DNA of 64,000 bases from an uncultured Methanosarcinales archaeon (GCA_964398115.1 CAYNLP010000003.1:1-64000), one strand, 5' to 3'. Counted from the stretch's first letter, positions 27,888-37,748 are shown. Notes: generated from the sequence alone by a model not told the origin. Numbers and translations: made by a program.

Positions 27888-28988
27888 TTAACCAACATTA
27901 AACTTCTCAATAACCAACTTATCATCTTCAGCAGTAATTTCATAATTATCACCATCTTCAAAACCAGTAATTTTCGTAACAATCTCAGGCAATAAAATCC
28001 TAACCCCTCTAAAATCTAAGTCAGTGATAAACTTCTGCTTTTCACCCTTATCCTGATTAATCTCACTCATAATCTCATCATGCTTCTTACGCTTCTTAAC
28101 CTCAGTCCTCTCCTTAGCCTTCTTATACAAATACTGAGCTATCTTATCAGCAACGTCAACACCCGTCACTTTAGTAATACCCTGCAATCCAGGACTATAA
28201 TTACTTTCAATAACCACAGGACCCTTCACACTTTCCAACAAGTCAATACCAGCAATATCCGTACCCATAGCTTTCGCCACCTTCACCGCAATCTTTTCAG
28301 TATAAGGATCCAAATCCACCTCTTCACCCTTACCACCACTATGAAGATTAGCTCGGAATTCATCACTATCAGCTTGTCTCCTCATAGCAGCTACGACTTC
28401 ATCACCAACCACGATAGCTCTGATATCACTACCGCCTTCATCCATATCCCTTCTCGTCTCAATAAACTCTTGAATCAAGAAAGGCTGCTTCATAGCAGAC
28501 AAAGCATCCAACATAGAACGAGCACTAGTAGGAGTTTCAGCAAACATCACACCCTTACCATGAGTGCCTTTAGGAAACTTCATAATAATCGGATAATTCA
28601 CTTTTTCCAAAATATTCTTACCCTCACTCACTGTACTAGCCAAGTAAGTCTGAGGCATAGGAATACCATGCTTTTGCAATTCCAACTGAGTTAACAACTT
28701 ATCATTAACTGTGGTGAAAGCTTCCGGCTGTATAGGGAAGTAACAACTATCTTTCATCAAACTAGTTATCGACCTGAGAAGAGGGGCATATCGGAAACTA
28801 CCCTTAGCGTATATACAATCATAATCCTTCAACGGTTCGCCCTCGTACAATATCTCTGCGTCTTCACCACTAAAGTTAAGCTCTAACTTCTTAATATAAA
28901 TCATGTCAACCTCGTCAAAATACTTTTCCATAGCTTGAGCTGTCCATTCACTGCTGGTACTACCCAAACTAATCAATCCACCTCTCAT
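27888..28988 (-). CDS. RimK-family ATP-grasp ligase with a C-terminal AbrB-like domain
   Basis: DKLLT, GTHGKGV, IQEFIE, DIRAIVVG, FRANLHSGG, ESNYSPG; extra tail RILLPEIVTKITGFEDGDNYEI. Confidence 0.9.
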   Translation of the reverse strand: MRGGLISLGSTSSEWTAQAMEKYFDEVDMIYIKKLELNFSGEDAEILYEGEPLKDYDCIYAKGSFRYAPLLRSITSLMKDSCYFPIQPEAFTTVNDKLLTQLELQKHGIPMPQTYLASTVSEGKNILEKVNYPIIMKFPKGTHGKGVMFAETPTSARSMLDALSAMKQPFLIQEFIETRRDMDEGGSDIRAIVVGDEVVAAMRRQADSDEFRANLHSGGKGEEVDLDPYTEKIAVKVAKAMGTDIAGIDLLESVKGPVVIESNYSPGLQGITKVTGVDVADKIAQYLYKKAKERTEVKKRKKHDEIMSEINQDKGEKQKFITDLDFRGVRILLPEIVTKITGFEDGDNYEITAEDDKLVIEKFNVG

Positions 28989-29362
28989 TCGTCTTCCTCC
29001 ACTTCTTCTTTACCAGGGCTAATACTTGGATCAACCAAGAAACTATCCTTCAAAATGTTTTGACCTATCAATATTTCATAACTCATATGTTCTCTATCCG
29101 CCAACGTGAATAACTCCTCAACTTCCTTTCCTTTAATCTCCAACTTCACCTTGATAATAGGTCGTAAAGTACTTCCATGAGCAGATTTAACCAGTTTTGA
29201 ATCCACCACCGGACCCAAGTTAAGTTTAGAAGCAAGAGCTAAATCCATACTGCTTTTAGTCGCTCCAGTATCTATTCTCGCTAATACATCTTCAGAATTA
29301 TCAGGCCCGTGAATAGTAACCATCTCCGTCAAACCCACCACGGTTCTATCATCTTTATTCAT
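28985..29362 (-). CDS. RimB-like retropepsin-fold protease
   Basis: ARIDTGATKSS, FTLADR, ILIGQN; overlaps the rimK-like gene. Confidence 0.85.
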   Translation of the reverse strand: MNKDDRTVVGLTEMVTIHGPDNSEDVLARIDTGATKSSMDLALASKLNLGPVVDSKLVKSAHGSTLRPIIKVKLEIKGKEVEELFTLADREHMSYEILIGQNILKDSFLVDPSISPGKEEVEEDE

Positions 29363-29415
29363 AGTAAATTTACCAACCTCGATATGTTTAAAAAATTATC
29401 GATGTAAACCTCCAA

Positions 29416-30876
29416 CTAATCATCCCTTTCCGGTCTCATAGCAGGGAATAAAATAACATCTCTGATACTAGGCTGATCTGTGAATAACATGACTAAACGA
29501 TCCACGCCAAGCCCAACACCACTCGTTGGAGGCATCCCATACTCTAAAGCCTCTATAAAGTCTTCATCATAAGGATGACTTTCCTCATCATCTTCCCTCT
29601 GCATTTCAAACATTTCCTCCTGAAGTTTTGGATCATTTAACTCACTATAAGCATTTCCAATTTCCATACCAGCCACGTAAGGCTCAAACCTTTCCACATA
29701 ATCCTCATCTCCATCTCGCAAAGGCTTACACAACGGCGTGGTTTCCTTCGGAAAGTCTGTAACAAAAGTTGGTTGAACTAATTCTTCTTCCACCATTTCT
29801 TCAAAAATTTCTGCAATTAATATTCCTCTTCTTTCATCTTCAAAATCAATATTATGCTCTCTCATGAAATCCTTTAAATCGTCAACATTCATATCTTCTA
29901 CGTTAACACCAGCGTGTTCTTCAATCGCATCATTTATTGTAATACGATTCCAAGGAGGACTAAAGTCTAACTCTTCACCCTGGTATTCAACCGTGACATC
30001 ACCTGTTACTTCTTCAGCCACGTGACTAACCAGTTGTTCAACCATGTCCATACCCGTTTCGTAATCACCATAAGCTTGATACCATTCAATCATTGTAAAC
30101 TCGGGATTGTGACTAGTATCAATACCTTCATTCCTGAAATCTTTACAAATTTCATAAACTCTTTCAAAACCCCCGACTAATAACCTTTTCAGATAAAGCT
30201 CATCACTAATTCTAAGATACATATCCATATCTAAAGTGTTATGTTTTGTTATGAAAGGCCTCGCGTTAGCCCCACCATAAATTGGTTGTAAAGCAGGAGT
30301 TTCAACCTCTATAAAATCTCTTTCATCCATAAAATCCTGAATTTCTCTAATAATCTTTGTTCTTTTCCTGAAAACCTCCCTGACTTCAGGATTCATCATC
30401 AAATCCAAATATCGCTTCCTATACCTTTTCTCCTTATCTTTCAAACCATAATACTTCTCAGGAGGAGGAAGCAAACTTTTAGTTAATAACTTGAAGTTTT
30501 CAGCATAAACTGTCACTTCACCCTTCTTAGTTTTAAACATGTAACCTTCTACGCCGATGAAATCTCCTTTATCTAACAAATCAAGAACTTCATAATCATC
30601 TAAATCGTCATCTCTAAACAATAATTGAATTTCTCCACTTTCATCTTGCAAGTCCAAAAAAGCAATCTGTCCCATGTTTCTCAAAGCTATGATACGACCA
30701 GCAACCCTGACTTGATCACTTGTTTCTTCACCCTCATCCAAACTCTCGTATTTTTCATTCAACTCAGAAGCATGATGTGTAGGATCGTAATCATAAGGAT
30801 AAGGATTTATACCTTTCTCTCGAAGTTCTTCCAACTTCTCCTTCCTCTCCTTCTTAATTTTATCAATCGGTCTCAT
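29416..30876 (-). CDS. lysS: Lysyl-tRNA synthetase, class II
   Basis: OB fold, YGGANARPF, FRNEGID, HNPEFT, EIGNAYSELNDP, GVDRL. Confidence 0.97.
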   Translation of the reverse strand: MRPIDKIKKERKEKLEELREKGINPYPYDYDPTHHASELNEKYESLDEGEETSDQVRVAGRIIALRNMGQIAFLDLQDESGEIQLLFRDDDLDDYEVLDLLDKGDFIGVEGYMFKTKKGEVTVYAENFKLLTKSLLPPPEKYYGLKDKEKRYRKRYLDLMMNPEVREVFRKRTKIIREIQDFMDERDFIEVETPALQPIYGGANARPFITKHNTLDMDMYLRISDELYLKRLLVGGFERVYEICKDFRNEGIDTSHNPEFTMIEWYQAYGDYETGMDMVEQLVSHVAEEVTGDVTVEYQGEELDFSPPWNRITINDAIEEHAGVNVEDMNVDDLKDFMREHNIDFEDERRGILIAEIFEEMVEEELVQPTFVTDFPKETTPLCKPLRDGDEDYVERFEPYVAGMEIGNAYSELNDPKLQEEMFEMQREDDEESHPYDEDFIEALEYGMPPTSGVGLGVDRLVMLFTDQPSIRDVILFPAMRPERDD

Positions 30877-31220
30877 CTTAATAGTGAGAGATTAGATATC
30901 ACTTTATCAATTTTTTCATCTGAATCTGGACCTATACCAATACAAGTAGCGGTGCCCGGACTAACAACAGTTTTACCCGCATCCTTAATTAAAGCTGTTG
31001 CCAATCCGACGTCATCAGCATGTTGCTTCACCCTCCTTAACTCATCTAAATTGTCAACTTTAACAACGATTTTGGTTCCACCATCTTCACGCCATTTTTC
31101 AACCAAATTTTCATCAGCGTTATTAGAACTTTCAACAGCGGCGTGAGCAACTTGAACAGCTAACTTGCCTTTGGGTAAATCCAAGTCTTCCCTGACCACC
31201 ATAGCCTGCTTGTACTTCAT
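30873..31220 (-). CDS. pth2: Peptidyl-tRNA hydrolase Pth2
   Basis: KGKLAVQVAHA, DAGKT, IGIGP. Confidence 0.96.
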   Translation of the reverse strand: MKYKQAMVVREDLDLPKGKLAVQVAHAAVESSNNADENLVEKWREDGGTKIVVKVDNLDELRRVKQHADDVGLATALIKDAGKTVVSPGTATCIGIGPDSDEKIDKVISNLSLLR

Positions 31221-31357
31221 GCAAGTAAAAAAGTAATTCTGAGCTTATAAACATTATGCAAAAAAGCTTTGGACGATAACCTTTAAAAACACGAGATTAT
31301 TCCCGATTTAATGCAAAGAAAAGATTCTAAACAGACTAAAATTAGGAGGGATAAAAC

Positions 31358-33019
31358 ATGCCAGAAGATCAAGGTGGACAACCAATTTTCATAATGTCAG
31401 ATGACACTGAAAGAACCAAAGGTAAAGACGCTCAAAGTATGAATATAATGGCTGCAAAACTTGTAGCCGAAACCGTACGGACCACGCTAGGTCCAAAAGG
31501 AATGGACAAGATGATCGTCGATTCTATGGGAGACGTCATAGTAACAAACGACGGTGTCACAATACTAGATGAAATGGATATACAACATCCGAGCGCGAAG
31601 ATGGTTGTAGAAATTGCACAAACACAAGAAGACGAAGTAGGAGACGGAACAACCACTGCAGTAGTACTAGCAGGAGAACTCTTGAAACAAGCAGAAGACT
31701 TGTTAGAACAAAACCTACACCCAACAGTAATCGCTAAAGGGTACAGGATGGCTACAGAGAAAAGCATGGAAGTGCTAAATGACATCGGTAAACCAATAAG
31801 TATAGATGATAAGGAAGACCTGAAAAAAGTAGCCATGACAGCCATGACTGGAAAAGGAGCAGATACCAACAAAGAAATACTAGCAGAACTAATAATTCAA
31901 GCTGTTAGAAAAGTAAGCCAAGAAACAGGCGAAGGTATCGAAACCGACATCAACGACATCAAAATAGAAACAAAAGTCGGTGAAGGAGTTGAAAACAGCG
32001 AACTAATAGAAGGTATCGTTCTAGATAAAGAAAAAACACATCCAAGAATGCCATCAAATGTGAAAAACGCAAAAGTCGCTCTTCTAGACACACCATTAGA
32101 AGTGAAAAACACGGAAACAGACAGTCAAATAAACATTTCTGACCCAGAAAAAATGCAAAGCTTCCTAGACATGGAAGAAGACATGCTAGAAAAAATGGTC
32201 GGAAAAGTATCAGACAGCGGTGCAGACGTGGTATTCTGTCAGAAAGGAATAGACGACCTAGCACAACACTTCCTAGCTAAGAAAGGAGTAATGGCAGTCA
32301 GAAGAGTCAGCAAAAGGGACATGGAAAAACTAAGTAAAGCAACCGGTGCAGAAATAGTAAGCAATGTCAAAGACCTAACCAGCAAAGACTTAGGTCAAGC
32401 TGGAAGAGTACAAGAAAAAAGTTTGGGAGACGAAAACATGATTTACGTTAAAGATTGCAAGAAAGCTCAAGCAGTCACCGTCTTAATAAGAGGCGGCACG
32501 ACACACGTAATTGATGAAATTAAAAGAGCTTTAGAAGACGCGATCGGCGACGTGACAACCGCTCTCAAACATGGTCAAGTCGTAGCAGGAGCAGGAAGTC
32601 CCGAAGTAGAGTTGTCAAGAGAACTCTCTCGATTCGCAGATAGCCTATCCGGAAGAGAACAACTCGCAGTAGAAGCTTTCAGCACTGCACTAGAAGTCAT
32701 TCCAAGAACGCTAGCGGAAAACGCTGGTTTAGACCCAATTGACGTCCTCACAGAACTAAGATCAGCACATGACGAAGATAAAGAAAGCTTCGGCGTGGAC
32801 GTTGTCAGTGGAGAAGTCATAGACAGTTGGGACGCTGGAGTTGTAGAACCATTGAAGATCAAAACACAAGCGGTTTCAAGCGCTAGCGAAGTAGCCGTGA
32901 TGATCTTGAGAATTGACGACGTGATCAAAGGCGGTAAAGACAAAGCAGGACCGGGCGGACCAGGTGGAGGACCCGCACCAGGCGGACCAGGTGGAATGCC
33001 ACCAGGCCTCATGGGTTAA
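31358..33019 (+). CDS. Thermosome (group II chaperonin) subunit
   Basis: [26 protein letters not shown], Gly/Pro/Met tail. Confidence 0.98.
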   Translation: MPEDQGGQPIFIMSDDTERTKGKDAQSMNIMAAKLVAETVRTTLGPKGMDKMIVDSMGDVIVTNDGVTILDEMDIQHPSAKMVVEIAQTQEDEVGDGTTTAVVLAGELLKQAEDLLEQNLHPTVIAKGYRMATEKSMEVLNDIGKPISIDDKEDLKKVAMTAMTGKGADTNKEILAELIIQAVRKVSQETGEGIETDINDIKIETKVGEGVENSELIEGIVLDKEKTHPRMPSNVKNAKVALLDTPLEVKNTETDSQINISDPEKMQSFLDMEEDMLEKMVGKVSDSGADVVFCQKGIDDLAQHFLAKKGVMAVRRVSKRDMEKLSKATGAEIVSNVKDLTSKDLGQAGRVQEKSLGDENMIYVKDCKKAQAVTVLIRGGTTHVIDEIKRALEDAIGDVTTALKHGQVVAGAGSPEVELSRELSRFADSLSGREQLAVEAFSTALEVIPRTLAENAGLDPIDVLTELRSAHDEDKESFGVDVVSGEVIDSWDAGVVEPLKIKTQAVSSASEVAVMILRIDDVIKGGKDKAGPGGPGGGPAPGGPGGMPPGLMG

Positions 33020-33108
33020 AAACCCTATATTTTTTCACTTTCTTATTTTGTAATACTCTCAACGAAAGATTTTTATAAATTCTCAGACTTGTAAACTCAA
33101 AAAAAGGG

Positions 33109-33855
33109 GTGGCAATGAGTTCTGAACGAGACTCTGAAAAGAGTCCAGAGGAAAAGATTAAAGAGGAATTAGAGAATTTAAAAAGGGATGTAGAGGAGAT
33201 TAAAAACCCTACAGAAGAAACTCCAGACCCTGATTCTCTAAAAGAATTTACAAACGCGATTAAAGGATTAGACAATAGTATACAAACCTTGGTTAGTATC
33301 TTCCAAAGAGCAGGAAAGATAATGGAAGAGGAAGAAAATCAAAGAGATGAAATGGTGGATGAGTTACTTTCTCAAAATAAGGAAATAGCTCAAGGAATAA
33401 TAGCAGTAGCTGACCTGATTAAAAAACAGAATAAAAGATTAGGTCAACAAGCTTCACAAGTTCAAGAAAAGGATTTCAACCCTCAATACCACTTGTCTTA
33501 TAATCAAAGAGATAAAGAAAGTCAAAAAGTGGAGAAAGGAAGAAAACAAATGCCACCTCCTCAAAAAATTGATTCAGAACCTGAAAAGCCATCACCCCCC
33601 AAACCTTCAGAAGATTCCCCTCCAACTCCTCGAAAGCCATCAAATCCTGAACCTAGTAAGCCTCAAAATTTAGATACGGCACCTACTCCTTCCGAACAAC
33701 CTCCTGAAGGACCATCTGAACCTAGTAAGCCCGAGCCTCCTAGCGAGCCGGGACAAGAAGATAATAGTAGCATGCCACCCCCTCCCGATGAGGATGAAGT
33801 TCCAGAACCACCAGAAGATGAGGATAAAGGATTCTTTTCAAGGTTTAAGAAATGA
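33109..33855 (+). CDS. Coiled-coil plus Pro-rich disordered hypothetical protein
   Basis: N-terminal heptads, PEPSKP-type repeats, amphipathic C-terminus KGFFSRFKK. Confidence 0.7.
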   Translation: MAMSSERDSEKSPEEKIKEELENLKRDVEEIKNPTEETPDPDSLKEFTNAIKGLDNSIQTLVSIFQRAGKIMEEEENQRDEMVDELLSQNKEIAQGIIAVADLIKKQNKRLGQQASQVQEKDFNPQYHLSYNQRDKESQKVEKGRKQMPPPQKIDSEPEKPSPPKPSEDSPPTPRKPSNPEPSKPQNLDTAPTPSEQPPEGPSEPSKPEPPSEPGQEDNSSMPPPPDEDEVPEPPEDEDKGFFSRFKK

Positions 33856-34085
33856 ATAAAGACAAACTTGTGAAGTACTTCAAAGCATTAGGAAAAGCAA
33901 GCCTTGAAGTGAAAAAAGAAAAGTTAGAAGTACTCTATTCTTTGCAGGAAGATATTCAAGTGGCTGAAAACGCTTTACAACAAATTATGGACGATTACAA
34001 GAAAGAAGAATACAAACCGATAAAAAAAAGATTAAAAAAAGTAAAAGAAAAGGTTGATCGTAAATTTAGAGATCTCGAGCCATAA
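33852..34085 (+). CDS. Small helical hypothetical protein
   Basis: ATGA overlap with the previous gene. Confidence 0.55.
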   Translation: MNKDKLVKYFKALGKASLEVKKEKLEVLYSLQEDIQVAENALQQIMDDYKKEEYKPIKKRLKKVKEKVDRKFRDLEP

Positions 34086-34230
34086 CAGTCTTTCGACCGT
34101 TAGCTTCAGCTCGTTCTAGAGCGTCTTCAATGAGCTCTTCGACACTATCATCTAGAGCTTGCATAAAGTCGCTAGAAACGTTGTATCCTTCAGTCAAATT
34201 CTTGACCTGTGCCTTTACTACCAATGACAT
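34066..34230 (-). CDS. 54-aa minimal histone-fold protein (DUF1931 / face-to-face type; not in ORF track)
   Basis: MSLVVKAQVKNLTEGYNVSSDFMQALDDSVEELIEDALERAEANGRKTVMARDL with the RKTVxxxD histone motif; SD GGAGGTG. Confidence 0.88.
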   Translation of the reverse strand: MSLVVKAQVKNLTEGYNVSSDFMQALDDSVEELIEDALERAEANGRKTVMARDL

Positions 34231-34310
34231 TACTATCCACCTCCAAAAGTTTTGTCTGTATTTCTGGGAATAAAACCGCGTTATAAAAAGCTTTTCCTTA
34301 AATTTTAAAT

Positions 34311-35969
34311 TTAAGAGTGGGTAAACCAGAATTTCAACTTATCTTCACTTTTTTCATCCAATCTGCAAAATCCAAACCTCTCAAACTGTATGACTTCGCC
34401 TTCATCAATGTTCTCAACGTTGCTTTCCGCAATTCCTTCCTTAACAGTCTTATCTGGCATTAAAACCTCTACATCTACCAAGTCATCACTGACTGGCAAA
34501 AAGTGCATGATATTATCTCCTTCCTCTTTGAAACTTTCATAATCCACGCTGTGAAAAGCAAAACTGTTCTTTTTCTTTTCAAAATTCAAACATTCCATGA
34601 ACCGGCATAACTCACCCTCTTCTATCTCTTCATAATCTCGCTTTTCAATGTAAAACTCGTCTCCAACCTTCATAGGCCTACCCCCTTGCTTGTCTTCAGG
34701 ATGCAAGTGAAGTTCAATTTCTCTCTCCGGCGCTTCTTCAATAACTATCTTCACAGGGTCTTCCATGAAGAAATACCTGTCTGCTTCGTCATCTAACACT
34801 CTTCGGTTGTGTTTGATAAGATCATCCCAAGTAACCACGCTTTCAGTCTTGTTCAAGCCGGTGCTTAAAACAAAGTCTTTGATGGCTTTTGGCTGGAATC
34901 CTCTCCTCTTCAAAGCTGCTAAAGTTGCTAAGCTCGGATCGTCCCAACCAAGTAATTCTCCTGAGTTTACTTTTTCTCTAATCACTCTTCCACTGGTTTC
35001 TACTCCTTTGAGCTCGAACCTTGCGAATTCATACGTATCCGTTACGGATAGTTCGAGCTGTTTCTGTATCCAATCTTGGAGTTCGGATCTCATTTCGAAT
35101 TCTTTCGTTCTGAACCTCATGGTGACGCCTTCCAAGCTATCCATGACACACGTTGCAAAGTCGTAAGTAGGCCAAACCCTATACTTGTCTCCAACCTTGC
35201 AATGTTTTTCTTTAATAACTCTGAATAATGTTGGGTCTCTCATGGCGCTGTTCTTGTGCTCTAAGTCTATCTTTGCACGCAGAACTGATTCATCGTCATT
35301 TTCAAGCATTGCCTTCCAAGCCTTCTTGTTATCCTTTTCACTTCTTTTTCTGTGTTCGCAAACTTCTCCCGTCTTCCTTCCTTCTTTCATCCTTTCACTT
35401 TCACAAGAGCAAACGTAAGCTTTTCCTTTGTCTATCAATTTTTCAGCGAGTTCGTAGAATTCTTCAATATGTTCGGAAGCAGTATCAATCTCGTCAATCT
35501 CAATCTCGAGCCATTCATAATCTCTCTGATGAATATCGTAATATTTTTCTTCAGCCAGCTCTGGATTTGTGTCTTCAAATCTCAGTATAAACTTACCATT
35601 ATTTCTCCTTGCCCATTCATGATTTACGAACAATCCTTTAGCATGTCCTATGTGTGGGTACTTACTTGGTTCGGGAGGAAAAGCTGTGATGACGTTGTCG
35701 GAAGGTTCAAACCTGCTGAAGATATCTTTTTCTTTCTCATCCTCTTCTAAAAGTTCTGGAGCTATTTCTTCTAATTCTTTTCTTTGTTCTTCCACATCTA
35801 ACTTGTTAACTTCTTGGACCACTTCAGAAACTAATTTTTTGAATTCATCCATGTTCTCCTTAACGCTGGGATCTTCCTGGATGGCAGAACCTATTACAGA
35901 ACCTACACTTGCTTCTCCATCGTAATCTATTGCATTCTCCAAAGCGTATTTTCGGACGGTTTCTCGCAT
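34311..35969 (-). CDS. gltX: Glutamyl-tRNA synthetase (archaeal type)
   Basis: FPPEPSKYPHIGH, RFEDTNP, WPTYDFA, GWDDP, QFERFGFCR. Confidence 0.96.
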   Translation of the reverse strand: MRETVRKYALENAIDYDGEASVGSVIGSAIQEDPSVKENMDEFKKLVSEVVQEVNKLDVEEQRKELEEIAPELLEEDEKEKDIFSRFEPSDNVITAFPPEPSKYPHIGHAKGLFVNHEWARRNNGKFILRFEDTNPELAEEKYYDIHQRDYEWLEIEIDEIDTASEHIEEFYELAEKLIDKGKAYVCSCESERMKEGRKTGEVCEHRKRSEKDNKKAWKAMLENDDESVLRAKIDLEHKNSAMRDPTLFRVIKEKHCKVGDKYRVWPTYDFATCVMDSLEGVTMRFRTKEFEMRSELQDWIQKQLELSVTDTYEFARFELKGVETSGRVIREKVNSGELLGWDDPSLATLAALKRRGFQPKAIKDFVLSTGLNKTESVVTWDDLIKHNRRVLDDEADRYFFMEDPVKIVIEEAPEREIELHLHPEDKQGGRPMKVGDEFYIEKRDYEEIEEGELCRFMECLNFEKKKNSFAFHSVDYESFKEEGDNIMHFLPVSDDLVDVEVLMPDKTVKEGIAESNVENIDEGEVIQFERFGFCRLDEKSEDKLKFWFTHS

Positions 35970-36064
35970 ACTTGACAGCTAAAAAATGCGGAATTATAAA
36001 GTTTCCTGTTAGACTATGAACTAGGAAAGATTTTTAAATAAATTCGTGATTTCATCTCATAGAC

Positions 36065-36138
36065 GGGCCCTTAGCTCAGTCTGGCAGAGCGTCGCATTGG
36101 CTATGCGAAGGCCCGGGGTTCAAATCCCCGAGGGTCCA
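36065..36138 (+). tRNA. tRNA-Ala(GGC)
   Basis: G3:U70 pair; TCGCA-TT-GGC-TA-TGCGA. Confidence 0.93.
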
Positions 36139-36181
36139 CTATTTCAGTAATTTTAAATAAAACAATTGCTTTCTTGTAAGC

Positions 36182-36823
36182 ATGAAAGGTATACTTTTTG
36201 ACTTCTGGGGAACGCTGGTAGATAATGGTGTTAATCCAAGTCCTGTAAAGCAAGCGAAGAAAATTTTAGGATTGAAAATGCCGTTTAAAGAGTATATAGA
36301 ACCTTTTGAAAGAGCGTATATGACAGAAGATGTTGACGACTTGTATGAAGCGTTTGAAAACGTTTGCGATGAGTTCAACTTGGAGCCTGAAGAACGCTTG
36401 TTGGATGACTTGGTGGGGATGCAGAACAAGAGCGACATCCTAGCGGAGCCTTACGACGAAACTTTTGACGTCTTGGAAGATTTGAGAGAAGATTACAAGA
36501 TAGCGTTGGTTTCTAACACACCTCCTAACATTCACCGGGTTTTGGACAAATTTGGTATGAAGAAATATTTTGACGCTATCGTTTTGAGCTGCGACACGGG
36601 GTATTTGAAGACGGATCCGGAAATGTTTGAAATAGCTTTGGACAAGCTTGGTTTGGAAGCGGATGAAGTCGTGCACGTTGGTGACAGTATGGAAACTGAT
36701 GTTAAAGGAGCTGAAAAAGCAGGTATAGAACCTATTTTGATTGATAGGTGGAGTAACCGAAGTTATAAAAATAGGATTGAAGACTTAACACAATTAAAAG
36801 ACGTGTTGGAGGGATTAAAATGA
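36182..36823 (+). CDS. HAD-family hydrolase
   Basis: FDFWGTLV, VSN, HVGDS...D. Confidence 0.9.
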   Translation: MKGILFDFWGTLVDNGVNPSPVKQAKKILGLKMPFKEYIEPFERAYMTEDVDDLYEAFENVCDEFNLEPEERLLDDLVGMQNKSDILAEPYDETFDVLEDLREDYKIALVSNTPPNIHRVLDKFGMKKYFDAIVLSCDTGYLKTDPEMFEIALDKLGLEADEVVHVGDSMETDVKGAEKAGIEPILIDRWSNRSYKNRIEDLTQLKDVLEGLK

Positions 36824-37230
36824 GTGATGATTGCTTGTTTTGCAAGATGGTAGAAGGAGAGATAGATTGTGAAAAGGTTTACGAAGACAGGAATTTCTTA
36901 GCTTTTCTTGACATCAACCCTGTGAATAAAGGACACACTTTGCTCATTCCTAAAAAGCATTGTAAAGATTTATTGAGCTTTCCCGAAGATTTGGACCACG
37001 ACTTTATCGAAACTGCTAAAAAAGTGGCCAACGCCGTCTTGGAAGGTACAGACGCGGAAGGCTTCAACTTGAGCATGAACAACGGAAGCGCGTCAGGCCA
37101 GGAAATATTCCACGCACACTTCCACATAATACCAAGATGGGAAGACGACGGTCACGAGCACTGGAGCAAGACAGAATACGAAGCTGGCGAGTTAGAAGAA
37201 TATGGTCAAAAAATAAGTGAACATTTATAA
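36820..37230 (+). CDS. HIT-family nucleotide hydrolase (intact motif)
   Basis: CLFC, GHTLLIPK, HAHFHII. Confidence 0.95.
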   Translation: MSDDCLFCKMVEGEIDCEKVYEDRNFLAFLDINPVNKGHTLLIPKKHCKDLLSFPEDLDHDFIETAKKVANAVLEGTDAEGFNLSMNNGSASGQEIFHAHFHIIPRWEDDGHEHWSKTEYEAGELEEYGQKISEHL

Positions 37231-37258
37231 ACACATACAAGATTTTCTTTCCCTGAAA

Positions 37259-37377
37259 GCCGCCCTAGCTCAGCCTGGCTAGAGCACCACGCTCATGAAC
37301 TGTGAGCTATGAGCCAAGACTGGCGATGATTATCAGGTGTACCGTGGGGGTCGAGGGTTCAAATCCCTCGGGCGGCA
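37259..37377 (+). tRNA. tRNA(CAT), probably elongator Met, with a 44-nt intron in the anticodon loop
   Basis: GCCGCCC/GGGCGGC acceptor; CCACG-CT-CAT...CGTGG interrupted by 44 nt (about 37298-37341; exact junction ambiguous by 1 nt). Confidence 0.88.
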
Positions 37378-37380
37378 TTT

Positions 37381-37710
37381 ATGGCATTAACAGACAAGAA
37401 TTGCGAGCCTTGTGAAGACGGTGTTGAACCTTTCACTAGAGAAGAAGAGGAGAATTACCTTTCTGAAATAAGTGGTTGGAGCATAAATCGTGAAGAGGTT
37501 CACAAGATTAGGAAAACTTACGAGTTTGAAGACTTTGTAGAAGCCATAGACTTTGTTAACAAGGTGGCTGAACTTGCTGAAAGTAAAGGACACCACCCAA
37601 ATATCTATATTGAATACAACAAAGTCACGTTGGAAGTTTGGACGCACGCTATTGATGGGCTTTCTGAAAACGATTTTATTCTCGCTGCTAAAGCAGACAA
37701 TTTGGAGTAA
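37381..37710 (+). CDS. Pterin-4-alpha-carbinolamine dehydratase
   Basis: CEPC, AESKGHHP, WTHAIDGLSENDFILAAK. Confidence 0.93.
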   Translation: MALTDKNCEPCEDGVEPFTREEEENYLSEISGWSINREEVHKIRKTYEFEDFVEAIDFVNKVAELAESKGHHPNIYIEYNKVTLEVWTHAIDGLSENDFILAAKADNLE

Positions 37711-37748
37711 AGTTTTTAACTAGAACCAAAATTCTTTATTCTTAACAA

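Noticed and set aside
32948..33010. GC-rich short repeats
   Set aside because: Encode the ordinary Gly/Pro/Met chaperonin tail
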